From the NCBI GenBank assembly GCA_030141605.1, contig JAQGDQ010002468.1, positions 1 through 26,056 on the forward strand: a DNA stretch of 26,056 bases, in the 5' to 3' direction. The notes beneath the pieces are model-generated. The model worked only from the letters and a program-made list of their open reading frames with translations, did no database searches and was not told the origin of the DNA. Below are positions 1-9,194 of this stretch, piece after piece. Origin of the DNA: Tubiluchus corallicola. Taxonomy: Eukaryota; Animalia; Priapulida. A program made the position numbers and the translations under genes. The stretch's first letter is position 1. Each line of letters opens with the position of its first letter.

Positions 1-665
1 TATCATTATATTCTCTTCATGTTTTGTAATAAGCTTTAACTTCGCTTTGTGGCCACGAAGAGGTGGCATTTTCATTCTTTCAGAACTTAATAATACTGGC
101 AAATTATATTCTCTTCCAAGCTTTAAATAGACATCAAACACATCGTCCCTTGTATAAAAAAGACATCCCATATGAGAGTCCAAATGCGTTATATCAAACC
201 CAAACTGCTTTGCAAGCTCAATTTGTGCTCTTAACTCCTTTTCTATTTCATCTATTTTAGCATTTTCTGCAAACGCATCACAGCTTCTATATAAATAGCC
301 AAATTCATCTACCAAACTTGGAACTTCTTTAACAGAAGAAACAGGGCGCCATTTGTACTTTTTCCATTCATTAGTCACTGTAAGATGAACACCCAAATCA
401 GCTTTTGGGTTCTCTTTGGCATACATGGCAGCCTCTGCAACCCATGCACAAGGCATCATTATACTTGCAGAGTTTACCAACCCATAATCCAAAGCACCAA
501 TAGTCGCTTTGGTTTCAGAATGACACATGCCAAAATCGTCAGCATGAATTATTAACAGTTTTGCATCTTTTGAATATCCTAATCGTTCTTGCATTGTTTT
601 GAGCATTAGCAGTAATAAAACAAAGAAAGAAACATGCAAAATAAAACAGTTTTTAAAGTTTTCAT
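1..665 (-). CDS. YdjC/ChbG/HpnK-family carbohydrate deacetylase, runs off the window at its 3' end; 5' signal-peptide region appears frameshifted
   Basis: Manual translation (not in the ORF track because no stop lies in the window) gives ...TMQERLGYSKDAKLLIIHADDFGMCHSE...VNSASIMMPCAW...DLGVHLTVTNEW...LRAQIELAKQFGFDITHLDSHMG. The ADDFG, GVHL and HLDSH motifs are YdjC-family metal-site motifs. ATG at 665 (MKTLKTVLFCMFLSLF) is out of frame with the body; in-frame ATGs lie at 606 and 594. Confidence 0.85.
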
Positions 666-906
666 ATTATTAAATGTTGTGTTATTGTTATAAGTTAATT
701 TTAATATCTTTTATCATTATAAAAGCGTAATTTTGTCTTATCTCTTTTTTTAAAAAAGAATAAGATATTACTACAAACTTAATACTTTTTTTTCAACACT
801 TAAAATTTTAACATATTAACTTGTTCATTTGATTTAAGATATTTTTAAACCTTGTTAATTTATGAAAATATATAGCCATTGTTTTTTTATTTAAAATATA
901 AGGTTA

Positions 907-914
907 TATATTTG
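907..914 (+). promoter_or_regulatory. Bacteroidota housekeeping -7 promoter element for oadGAB
   Basis: TATATTTG matches TAnnTTTG, 30 nt before the ATG at 945. There is no well-spaced -33 TTTG. Confidence 0.45.
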
Positions 915-944
915 CCTTTTCTTTTAAAGGATAATCAATTAAAA

Positions 945-1187
945 ATGCAAGAAACCGTTGACCAAGCATTACTTATGCTTTTAATAGGCATAATCACTGT
1001 TTTTATAATTCTTTTTGTTGTTGTGTTAATAAGTAGGGTGCTTATTTGGTACACAAATACATTTTACCCTGACTCTAACCCTATAAAGCAAAAAACTCCC
1101 GTTGATAAAAAGAAAGTGGCAGCAATAATTACAGCAGTTAACGTAGTTACACAAGGCAAAGGGAAAGTCATTTCAATAAAAAAGTAA
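945..1187 (+). CDS. oadG: Na+-translocating decarboxylase gamma subunit (OadG family)
   Basis: 80-aa protein from ATG 945 with one TM helix (LLMLLIGIITVFIILFVVVLI) and a C-terminal VAAIITAV segment, directly upstream of the alpha and beta subunits. The TTG start at 879 overlaps the promoter and is unlikely. Confidence 0.85.
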   Translation: MQETVDQALLMLLIGIITVFIILFVVVLISRVLIWYTNTFYPDSNPIKQKTPVDKKKVAAIITAVNVVTQGKGKVISIKK

Positions 1188-1222
1188 TAAATTTGAGATT
1201 TTAATCTAATTATATAAAAACT

Positions 1223-3091
1223 ATGGCAAAAGAAATACAATTTTCGTTAGTTTACAGAGACATGTGGCAATCTTCTGGTAAATATGTGCCTACCAAGGCA
1301 CAGTTAGAGCAAGTTGCCCCTGCAATTATAGATATGGGATGTTTTTCACGAGTAGAAACTAATGGAGGAGGATTTGAACAAGTAAACTTACTTTTTGGAG
1401 AGAACCCCAACCCATCAGTACGGGCTTGGACTAACCCCTTCAATAAAGCAGGCATTTTAACACATATGCTAGAAAGAGGATTAAATGGCATAAGGCTATC
1501 TCCAGTCGCTGCCGACATAAGAAGGTTAATGTTCAAAGTTAAAGGAAAGCAAGGGACTAACATTTCTCGTTCTTTTTGTGGCCTTAACGATCCTAGAAAT
1601 ATCATAGATTCCGTAAAATACGCCAAAGAAGGAAAAATGATTGCGCAAGCAACTCTAAGCATTACACATTCTAAAATACACACCATTGAATACTATGTCA
1701 AACTAGCTGAACAACTCATAGAAGGCGGTGCGGACGAAATTTGTTTAAAAGATATGGCAGGCGTTGGACGACCAGCTACATTAGGAAAAATTGTAAAACA
1801 AATTAAGAAAAAACATCCGAAAATTGTTATCCAATATCATGCACATACAACGCCAGGGTTTGCTCCTGCTTCAATCCTTGAAGTAGCTTATGCAGGAGCT
1901 GATATAATAGATGTAGGCATGGAACCTCTGGCTTGGGGAACAGGGCATGTAGATATACTTACTGCCCAAAATATGCTAAAAGATGCAGGTTTTAAGGTTT
2001 CTGAAGTTAACCTAAAAGCCTATATGGAAGTGCGGAAATTAACTCAAGAGTTTATGGACGACTTTTTAGGGTATTATATGGACCCACAAAATAGAATGGA
2101 AACAGCACTATTAATAGGTTCGGGATTACCCGGAGGTATGATGGGAAGCCTTATGGCAGATTTAGGAAATAACCTAAAAAGTCTAAATTCTTGGCTAAAA
2201 AAGAAAAATAAACCTTTATTGACAAAAAATGAGCTATTAATAAAGTTGTTTCAAGAAGTAGAATATATTTGGCCTAAAATGGGATACCCACCTCTTGTTA
2301 CCCCATATAGCCAATATGTAAAAAATGTAGCCCTAATGAATGTTATACAGCTAATAAAAGGTAAAAATCGCTTCTCACTGATTGATGACAATACATGGGA
2401 TATGCTTTTAGGTAAAGCTGGGAAATTGCCAGCAGAAATAGATCCAGAGTTAAAAAAATTAGCAGAAGAGCAAGGAAAGGAGATTTTTACAGGAAGCCCA
2501 CAAGACCTGTATCCTGACGAGTTGGACGTCTTTAAAAAAGAAATGGATAAAAATGGATGGGAATATGGGCAAGACGGCGAAGAGCTTTTTGAACTAGCCA
2601 TGCACCCACAACAATATAGAAATTATAGGTCTGGAGAAGCAAAAAAACAGTTTGAAAAAGATCTGGCTAAGAAAAAAACACAAAAAGAACAAAAGGAGCA
2701 AAAAAATGCCGAAAGTTCAAACATCGTATTGCCACAAACATTAGTTGTAGATGTAAGTGGAGAAAAATTTTCCGTTACAGTGTCAGCAGAAAACACCACT
2801 ACAACATCACAACAACCAACACCGCAGGCAAAGCCTATATCAACGCCAAGTAGTGACAATACACGAGAAGTTGTTGCACCATTAGAAGGAACTTTTTATA
2901 GAACAAAAGTTCCTTCTGATAAAGCCATTCAAGTGGGAGATACGGTACAAAAAGGAGCTATTATTGGCTACATAGAATCAATGAAAGTATACAATGCCAT
3001 AATTTCTGCTCAAAGCGGAAAAATAACAGAAATTTGTATTTCAGACGGAGGAAAAGTAGAAGAAGATGATGTACTGATAAGGGTATTATAA
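1223..3091 (+). CDS. oadA: Oxaloacetate decarboxylase alpha subunit (carboxyltransferase plus biotin carrier; pyruvate carboxylase B-like)
   Basis: Carboxyltransferase motifs RDMWQS, ICLKDMAG, QYHAH, LPGGM and GYPPLVTPYSQ; a T/P/Q-rich linker; C-terminal biotinyl motif IESMKVYN. Confidence 0.9.
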   Translation: MAKEIQFSLVYRDMWQSSGKYVPTKAQLEQVAPAIIDMGCFSRVETNGGGFEQVNLLFGENPNPSVRAWTNPFNKAGILTHMLERGLNGIRLSPVAADIRRLMFKVKGKQGTNISRSFCGLNDPRNIIDSVKYAKEGKMIAQATLSITHSKIHTIEYYVKLAEQLIEGGADEICLKDMAGVGRPATLGKIVKQIKKKHPKIVIQYHAHTTPGFAPASILEVAYAGADIIDVGMEPLAWGTGHVDILTAQNMLKDAGFKVSEVNLKAYMEVRKLTQEFMDDFLGYYMDPQNRMETALLIGSGLPGGMMGSLMADLGNNLKSLNSWLKKKNKPLLTKNELLIKLFQEVEYIWPKMGYPPLVTPYSQYVKNVALMNVIQLIKGKNRFSLIDDNTWDMLLGKAGKLPAEIDPELKKLAEEQGKEIFTGSPQDLYPDELDVFKKEMDKNGWEYGQDGEELFELAMHPQQYRNYRSGEAKKQFEKDLAKKKTQKEQKEQKNAESSNIVLPQTLVVDVSGEKFSVTVSAENTTTTSQQPTPQAKPISTPSSDNTREVVAPLEGTFYRTKVPSDKAIQVGDTVQKGAIIGYIESMKVYNAIISAQSGKITEICISDGGKVEEDDVLIRVL

Positions 3092-3128
3092 AATTTTGTC
3101 TTACTTTTTATAATAAAAGTATAAATTT

Positions 3129-4328
3129 ATGGAAATTCTTGAGCGATTATATAAAATGACGGCATTTTCTGGCTTAATAGAAGAGCCAGAGTCAATGATA
3201 ATGTATGCAATTGGTTTTTTATTGCTATATTTAGGAATAAAAAAACACTTTGAACCATTGCTTTTAATACCAATAGCCGTAGGCATTTTATTAGCAAACG
3301 CACATGGAGCAAACTTAGAAGTGATACAAAATGAGGCTATAACGCACCTTACCATAATAGAAATAGCCAAAGAGTATGGAATAATCAATTTTCTCTACTA
3401 TTCACTAATAAAAACAGGAGTGTTACCCCCTATCATTTTTATGGGAGTAGGCGCATTAACGGATTTTGGACCCATGTTGCGCAATTTGCGATTGTCATTT
3501 TTTGGTGCTGCAGCTCAATTAGGAATTTTCGTAGTACTAATTTCTGCCGTTGCATTTGGAGGGTTTACCCTAAACGAAGCAGCCTCATTAGGAGTTATAG
3601 GAGGCGCAGATGGCCCTACTGCTATTTATACAGCTATAATATTAGCCCCACACCTGTTAGGTCCCATTGCCATTGCAGCCTATTCTTATATGGCTTTAGT
3701 GCCAGTAATCATACCTTTTGTTGTTAAAATTACCACAACCAAAAAAGAATTGAGAATAAACATGAAAGAGCAAGAAAAGTTGTTCCCATCCAAGACAACT
3801 ATCAAAAATATGAAACTGTTAAAAATATTCTTCCCAATCGTTATAACAGGTATAGCATCCGTTTTTGTTCCCTCATCCATGCCATTAATAGGCATGCTAA
3901 TGTTTGGTAATTTAATAAAAGAAATAGGGTCTAATACATCGCGACTTTCATCAGTTGCACGAAATGGTATTCTAAACACTGCTACCATTTTCTTGGGACT
4001 TGCAATAGGAGCAACAATGTCAGTAAACACATTTCTTAACACAAAAACACTATTAATAATAGTAGGAGGATTGATTGCATTCTGCATATCTGTTGCAGGA
4101 GGCGTCTTTGCTGTTAAAATTCACAACCTGTTTGTCAAAAAGAAAATAAACCCTTTAATTGGAGCAACAGGACTGAGTGCCGTACCAATGGCATCTCGTG
4201 TTGCAAATGAAATAGCTCTAAAACATGACCCCTCAAACCATGTTTTACAGTACTGTATGGCTAGTAATATATCGGGAGTAATTGGCTCTGCTGTAGCAGC
4301 TGGAGTTCTTATTACATTTTTGTCTTAA
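3129..4328 (+). CDS. oadB: Na+-translocating decarboxylase beta subunit
   Basis: Multi-TM protein with FEPLLLIPI, FMGVGALTDFGP, IGGADGPTAIY, AAYSYMALVP and SAVPMASRV signatures. Confidence 0.95.
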   Translation: MEILERLYKMTAFSGLIEEPESMIMYAIGFLLLYLGIKKHFEPLLLIPIAVGILLANAHGANLEVIQNEAITHLTIIEIAKEYGIINFLYYSLIKTGVLPPIIFMGVGALTDFGPMLRNLRLSFFGAAAQLGIFVVLISAVAFGGFTLNEAASLGVIGGADGPTAIYTAIILAPHLLGPIAIAAYSYMALVPVIIPFVVKITTTKKELRINMKEQEKLFPSKTTIKNMKLLKIFFPIVITGIASVFVPSSMPLIGMLMFGNLIKEIGSNTSRLSSVARNGILNTATIFLGLAIGATMSVNTFLNTKTLLIIVGGLIAFCISVAGGVFAVKIHNLFVKKKINPLIGATGLSAVPMASRVANEIALKHDPSNHVLQYCMASNISGVIGSAVAAGVLITFLS

Positions 4329-4548
4329 AAATATAATTTTATTACAACAAAATTTTTAGAAATACCCTATAGCACTTATTAAAAAAACAAAACTCCCTAA
4401 CAAACAATACCTTTTTTATTAAAAAAACAAAAAAAACTATTTAAACAAATTTTTTTTTATACTTTTAATTTTTAATTTTAACCTGAGTTTTTTTATATGT
4501 AAAAACATACAAAATATATTAATTTGCAATGTATATAATTATTAATTC

Positions 4549-7268
4549 ATGAGTGATTATTCGTATATCTCAAGTGCCAATGCACATTACATTGATAAAC
4601 TATACAAAAAATATAAAACATCTCCTGAAAGTTTAGACGAAAGTTGGAGAAAATTTTTCGAAGGTTTTGAGTTTTCACTCTCCTACAACCAAGGTAAAGG
4701 CAGCAAAGAAATGCCAACAAAGGATATAGGAGTAAGAAATCTAATAGATGCCTACCGAACAAAAGGACATTTAAAGTCAGATACAAACCCTATTAGACCC
4801 CGAAGAAACCATCATATACAATTAGACCCTTCTGAATTTGGATTAGATGCCAAAGATCTAAACAGAAAATTTTTTATAGAAAATGGTAACTCTATAGTCA
4901 AAACAAACACATTGCAAGATACCATAAACAATTTTAAAAAAGCTTACTTGGGACCTATAGGTTTTGAGTATATGTACATCAAAGATCCAGAAATTGTCAA
5001 TTGGTTTAAGCAAAAAATAGAGGTGGAATTTTTAAACTTCAAATTCTCTATAGATGAGAAAAAACAAATATTAAAAAAGCTTAACGAAGCAATGGTATTT
5101 GAAAATTTTCTACACACAAAATATATAGGACAAAAGCGTTTTTCATTGGAAGGAGGAGAAAATACAATCCCATTCTTAGATTTTGTAATAAAAAACTCCG
5201 TGAAAGACTCAGTGGAAGAGATAGTGATAGGCATGGCACATAGAGGGAGATTAAATGTTTTAGCTAACATTATGGGCAAAACATATGAACAAATATTTAG
5301 TGAATTTGAAGGAACATATATGCCTGATGATTTGACAATGGGTAGTGGAGATGTAAAATACCATATGGGATATGCTAGCGAATTTAAAGTAAAAAACGGA
5401 AAAAAATACCAACTAAAACTCACACCCAATCCATCACACCTCGAAGCTGTAAACCCCGTTGTGTTGGGGTATGCACGCTCTCACATGGAGTCATTATTTA
5501 AGAGGAATCCTAAAAAAGTTCTACCCATTTTAATACACGGAGATGCGGCAATAGCAGGGCAAGGAATTACATATGAAATAAGTCAAATGTCGCAATTACC
5601 CGGATATAGGGTTGGAGGCACTATACATTTGGTAATTAATAATCAAATAGGTTTTACGACAGATTATGACGATGCCCGAACAAGCATCTACTGTACAGAT
5701 GCAGCCAAAATTATAAACGCTCCTGTGCTGCATGTTAATGGCGATGATGCAGAAGCTATTGCTTTTTCGGCTAAATTAGCGGTAGAATTTAAACAAAAAT
5801 TTGGAAAAGATATTTTTATAGACTTGTTGTGTTATAGGCGTCATGGACACAATGAAGGAGATGAGCCAAAATTCACTCAACCAAAGCTATACAAACTGAT
5901 TTCTTCGCATCCTCCTCCAAGAGAAGTATACTCAAAAAAATTAATTGCCAATGGTGATGTAGAAGAAGCACTTGCAGTGCAAATGGATAAAGAGTTTAGA
6001 AATTTGTTGCAAGAACGGCTAAACGAGGTAAAACAAACTCCTTATCCCTACACTCCCGATAAATTAGGGCAAGAATGGCAACAGCTAGCTCCTCCTAAAA
6101 CTGAAGACTTTGAAAAATCTCCTAACACCTCTATTAGTGAAAAAGCCGTACAAAAAGTATCAAAAGCGCTTACATCACTTCCCGAAAAATTCAAACCCAT
6201 TAGGCAAATATCAAAATTGATTGATGCTAGAAAAGACTATTTCTTTAGTAAAAAGATGCTGGACTGGGCAAGTGCAGAACTGCTAGCGTATGGTTCGCTA
6301 TTGCTAGAAAAAAAACTAGTGCGAATATCTGGACAAGATGTAAAAAGAGGAACATTTTCACACCGACACGCCGTGATATTTGATGCAGAAACTAAGCAAG
6401 CCTATTGTAATCTTGATCATATAACAAGTGAGAATAAGCAAGAAAAGCTAGAGATATTTAACTCTCTACTTTCTGAGCTTTCCGTATTAGGTTTTGAATA
6501 TGGTTATGCAATGGCTAACCCAAATGCTCTTGTAATTTGGGAGGCACAATTTGGGGATTTCTCTAATGGTGCACAAGTAATAATAGACCAGTTTGTAACA
6601 AGCGCACAAACTAAATGGCAAAAAATGAATGGGCTAGTAATGTTATTGCCTCATGGGTATGAAGGACAAGGGCCTGAACATTCAAGCGCCAGACCTGAGC
6701 GATTTTTGCAATTGGCAGCAGAAAACAACATGGTTGTTGCAAATATGACAACTCCTGCCAACTTCTTCCACTTATTAAGGCGGCAAGTTACATGGAAATT
6801 TAGAATACCTTGTATTGTTATGTCTCCAAAATCTCTTTTAAGACATCCTGAAGTAATATCACCTATTTCAGAATTTACCAATGGGCATTTTTGTGAGGTA
6901 ATAGGGATGAAACCATTAACCCTAAGGACGTTACAAAAGTAATATTATGCACAGGAAAAATATATTACACATTAAATAAATTTAGAACAGAGCAAAAAAG
7001 AAAGAATGTAGCAATTGTTAGGTTAGAACAACTCTACCCATTTCCAGACAAACAGCTTAAAAAACAATTAGGCAAATATAAGAAAAATGTGGAGTTGCTT
7101 TGGGTGCAAGAGGAGCCTGAAAATATGGGTTATGTTTCTTTTATACAAAGACATTTCAAAAAAATCACAAAGTTTGTCTCACGAAAACCAAGTGCCTCCC
7201 CTTCAACAGGTTATAAAAAAGTTCATATAAAAGAAGAAATAGAAATAATACAACAAACATTCAATTAA
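4549..7268 (+). CDS. sucA: 2-oxoglutarate dehydrogenase E1, one frameshift near 6904-6906
   Basis: KRFSLEGGE, GMAHRGRLN, DVKYHMG, HGDAAIAGQG (ThDP binding), WEAQFGDF and EHSSARPERFLQL. Adding one G at ATAGGG|ATG continues DETINPKDVTKVILCTGKIYY...RLEQLYPFP...WVQEEPENMG...SASPSTG to TAA at 7266-7268. Confidence 0.95.
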
Positions 7269-7280
7269 ATTGAAAAATAT

Positions 7281-8492
7281 ATGAAAGTAGAAAAAAATAC
7301 CAAGTGTAGGAGAATCTATTAACGAAGTAGTTTTGGGAAAGTGGCTAAAAGAAGAGGGAAGTTACGTAAATATGGATGAGCCCATTTGTGAATTAGAATC
7401 AGAAAAAGCAACATTTGAAATTAATGCTGAAAATCCTGGAACATTACACATCAAAGCTAAAGAAGGAGAAACCCTACCCATTGGGAGTACCGTATGTGTC
7501 ATAGACACAGAGGGAAAGTCTACTGCTCAACACCAACCTAAAAACAACCTGCTCCTCCTTCCAATGATAACATTGAAGATGAAAATAAAAAAAAGAGTAA
7601 TTACTCAGCAGGGCATCCATCGCCCGCAGCTTCAAAAATGTTATCAGAAAAAGGCATGTCTCCAACACAAATAGAAGCGACTGGAGTAGGAGGAAGAATT
7701 ACAAAGCAAGACGTTATAATGTCAAATTCTTCAAAAAAATTACCTCAAGAATCCATGCCCAAAGCCCCAAAAGAGGTTACAAAACCTTTTAGCAGAGAAG
7801 AAGAAAAGGTAAAAATGACTACGCTTAGAAAAACTATTTCTAAACGACTTGTAGCTACTAAAAATGAGACTGCTATGCTTACCACGTTTAATGAGGTAAA
7901 CATGAAGCAAGTAATGAGTTTGCGAAAAAAATATAAAGATAAATTCAAAGACAAGTTTGGGGTAAATCTAGGCTTTATGTCCTTTTTTGTAAAAGCATCT
8001 TGCATTGCATTACAAGAATGGAAAACAGTAAATGCAAAAATAGATGACAATGAAATTATATATCACAAATACTGTGACATATCCATTGCCGTTTCTACAC
8101 CCAAAGGGTTAGTTGTGCCCGTTGTCAGAAATGCAGAATCACTTTCATTTAGCGAAATAGAGCAAGAAATATTAAATTTAGCCATTAAAGGGCGAGATGG
8201 AAAACTTACAATAGATGAAATGACGGGAGGAACATTTACCATTACTAATGGAGGGATTTTTGGTTCTATGCTCTCCACTCCTATCATCAACGCTCCACAA
8301 TCTGCCATTCTTGGAATGCATAATATAGTGGAAAGACCTATGGTGGAAAATGGTGAAATTAAGATATGTCCCGTTATGTATTTGGCTCTATCTTATGATC
8401 ATAGAATAATTGACGGGAAGGAAGCGGTAAGCTTTTTAGTTAGGATAAAAGAAGCATTAGAAGACCCTACAAGACTATTATTAGAGATATAG
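7281..8492 (+). CDS. sucB: Dihydrolipoyllysine succinyltransferase (E2), two frameshifts (~7291-7297 and ~7540-7544)
   Basis: Pieces across frames: MKVE../[18 protein letters not shown]...ELESEKAT (single lipoyl domain) / [14 protein letters not shown]...GGRITKQDV (E3 binding) / TFTITNGG...[12 protein letters not shown] (catalytic). Confidence 0.95.
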
Positions 8493-8506
8493 TATAATTA
8501 ATAATT

Positions 8507-8628
8507 GAGCTGTTCACTACTCATAATCAGGCTCATCAACACCCGTCCTTATTTACAAAAATTGAGTAGAGAACGTTGAGGGTAATTAGAAATTTGCAAG
8601 TGACAACATAAGTTTACTTGAACAGTTT
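8507..8628 (-). ncRNA. Candidate structured non-coding RNA, family unknown
   Basis: Four nested helices found by eye pair better on the minus strand (G-U instead of A-C); see findings. No covariance model was run. Confidence 0.25.
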
Positions 8629-8636
8629 ACCCCCCC

Positions 8637-8700
8637 AAGTCTGAAAGCAAAGACTAAAATTTATACTTATTCTCTGCTTTGACTTAATAACGTTATTTTT
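8637..8700. terminator. Imperfect hairpin plus 12-bp palindrome between convergent sucB and trxA; possible terminator
   Basis: AAGTC(TG)AAAGCAAAGACTAA (8637-8657) pairs imperfectly with TTATTCTCTGCTTTGACTT (8667-8685). It is followed by the perfect palindrome AATAACGTTATT (8686-8697) and a T run. Confidence 0.35.
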
Positions 8701-8770
8701 CTAACTATCTATTTTTATTTATATCTTGCCCATACCTACAATAAGTAGAATACAGACAAAGCTACTTTAC

Positions 8771-9094
8771 TTAGCTTACGTAAGAGTTTAATTTGTCTAC
8801 CAATGCTGCCTTAGATACTACCCCTATTTCTTTATCTATCACCTTACCATTTTTAAAAAATAATAGTGTAGGTATACTTTTTATTCCATGTTCTACGGAT
8901 GAATTAGGATTAGCATCTACATCAACTTTTCCTATAATTGCTTTATCATCATATTCTTCTGATAGTTGTTCAATAATAGGAGCTATCATTTTGCACGGCC
9001 CACACCAAGATGCCCAAAAATCTATCAAGACAACCTTATCTGTGGATATAACTTCATTAAAATTTGAATCGGTTATTTCTATTACTTTTTTCAT
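8771..9094 (-). CDS. trxA: Thioredoxin
   Basis: 107 aa with DFWASWCGPCK active site and SIPTLLFFKNG. Confidence 0.97.
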   Translation of the reverse strand: MKKVIEITDSNFNEVISTDKVVLIDFWASWCGPCKMIAPIIEQLSEEYDDKAIIGKVDVDANPNSSVEHGIKSIPTLLFFKNGKVIDKEIGVVSKAALVDKLNSYVS

Positions 9095-9117
9095 GCTGTT
9101 TTTTATTAATTAGAAAC

Positions 9118-9149
9118 CAAATTTAATCTCTTTCCGCCGCAATAACAAG
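9118..9149 (-). promoter_or_regulatory. Bacteroidota housekeeping promoter for trxA
   Basis: Minus strand reads CTTG-N20-TAAATTTG, ending 23 nt before the ATG. Confidence 0.5.
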
Positions 9150-9194
9150 GATTTTAAACTATTTTTTTTTACATACGGGATTACTAAAATTCTT

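Noticed and set aside
4376-4432. 17-bp direct repeat TTATTAAAAAAACAAAA at 4376 and 4416 among A-tracts upstream of sucA
   Set aside because: Only two copies of very low complexity in an extremely AT-rich spacer; not a CRISPR array or a convincing target-site duplication.
7281-7560. Programmed ribosomal frameshifting in sucB (or sucA, htpG)
   Set aside because: No stimulatory structure is visible, the breaks fall inside required domains, and the same short-homopolymer pattern affects unrelated genes.
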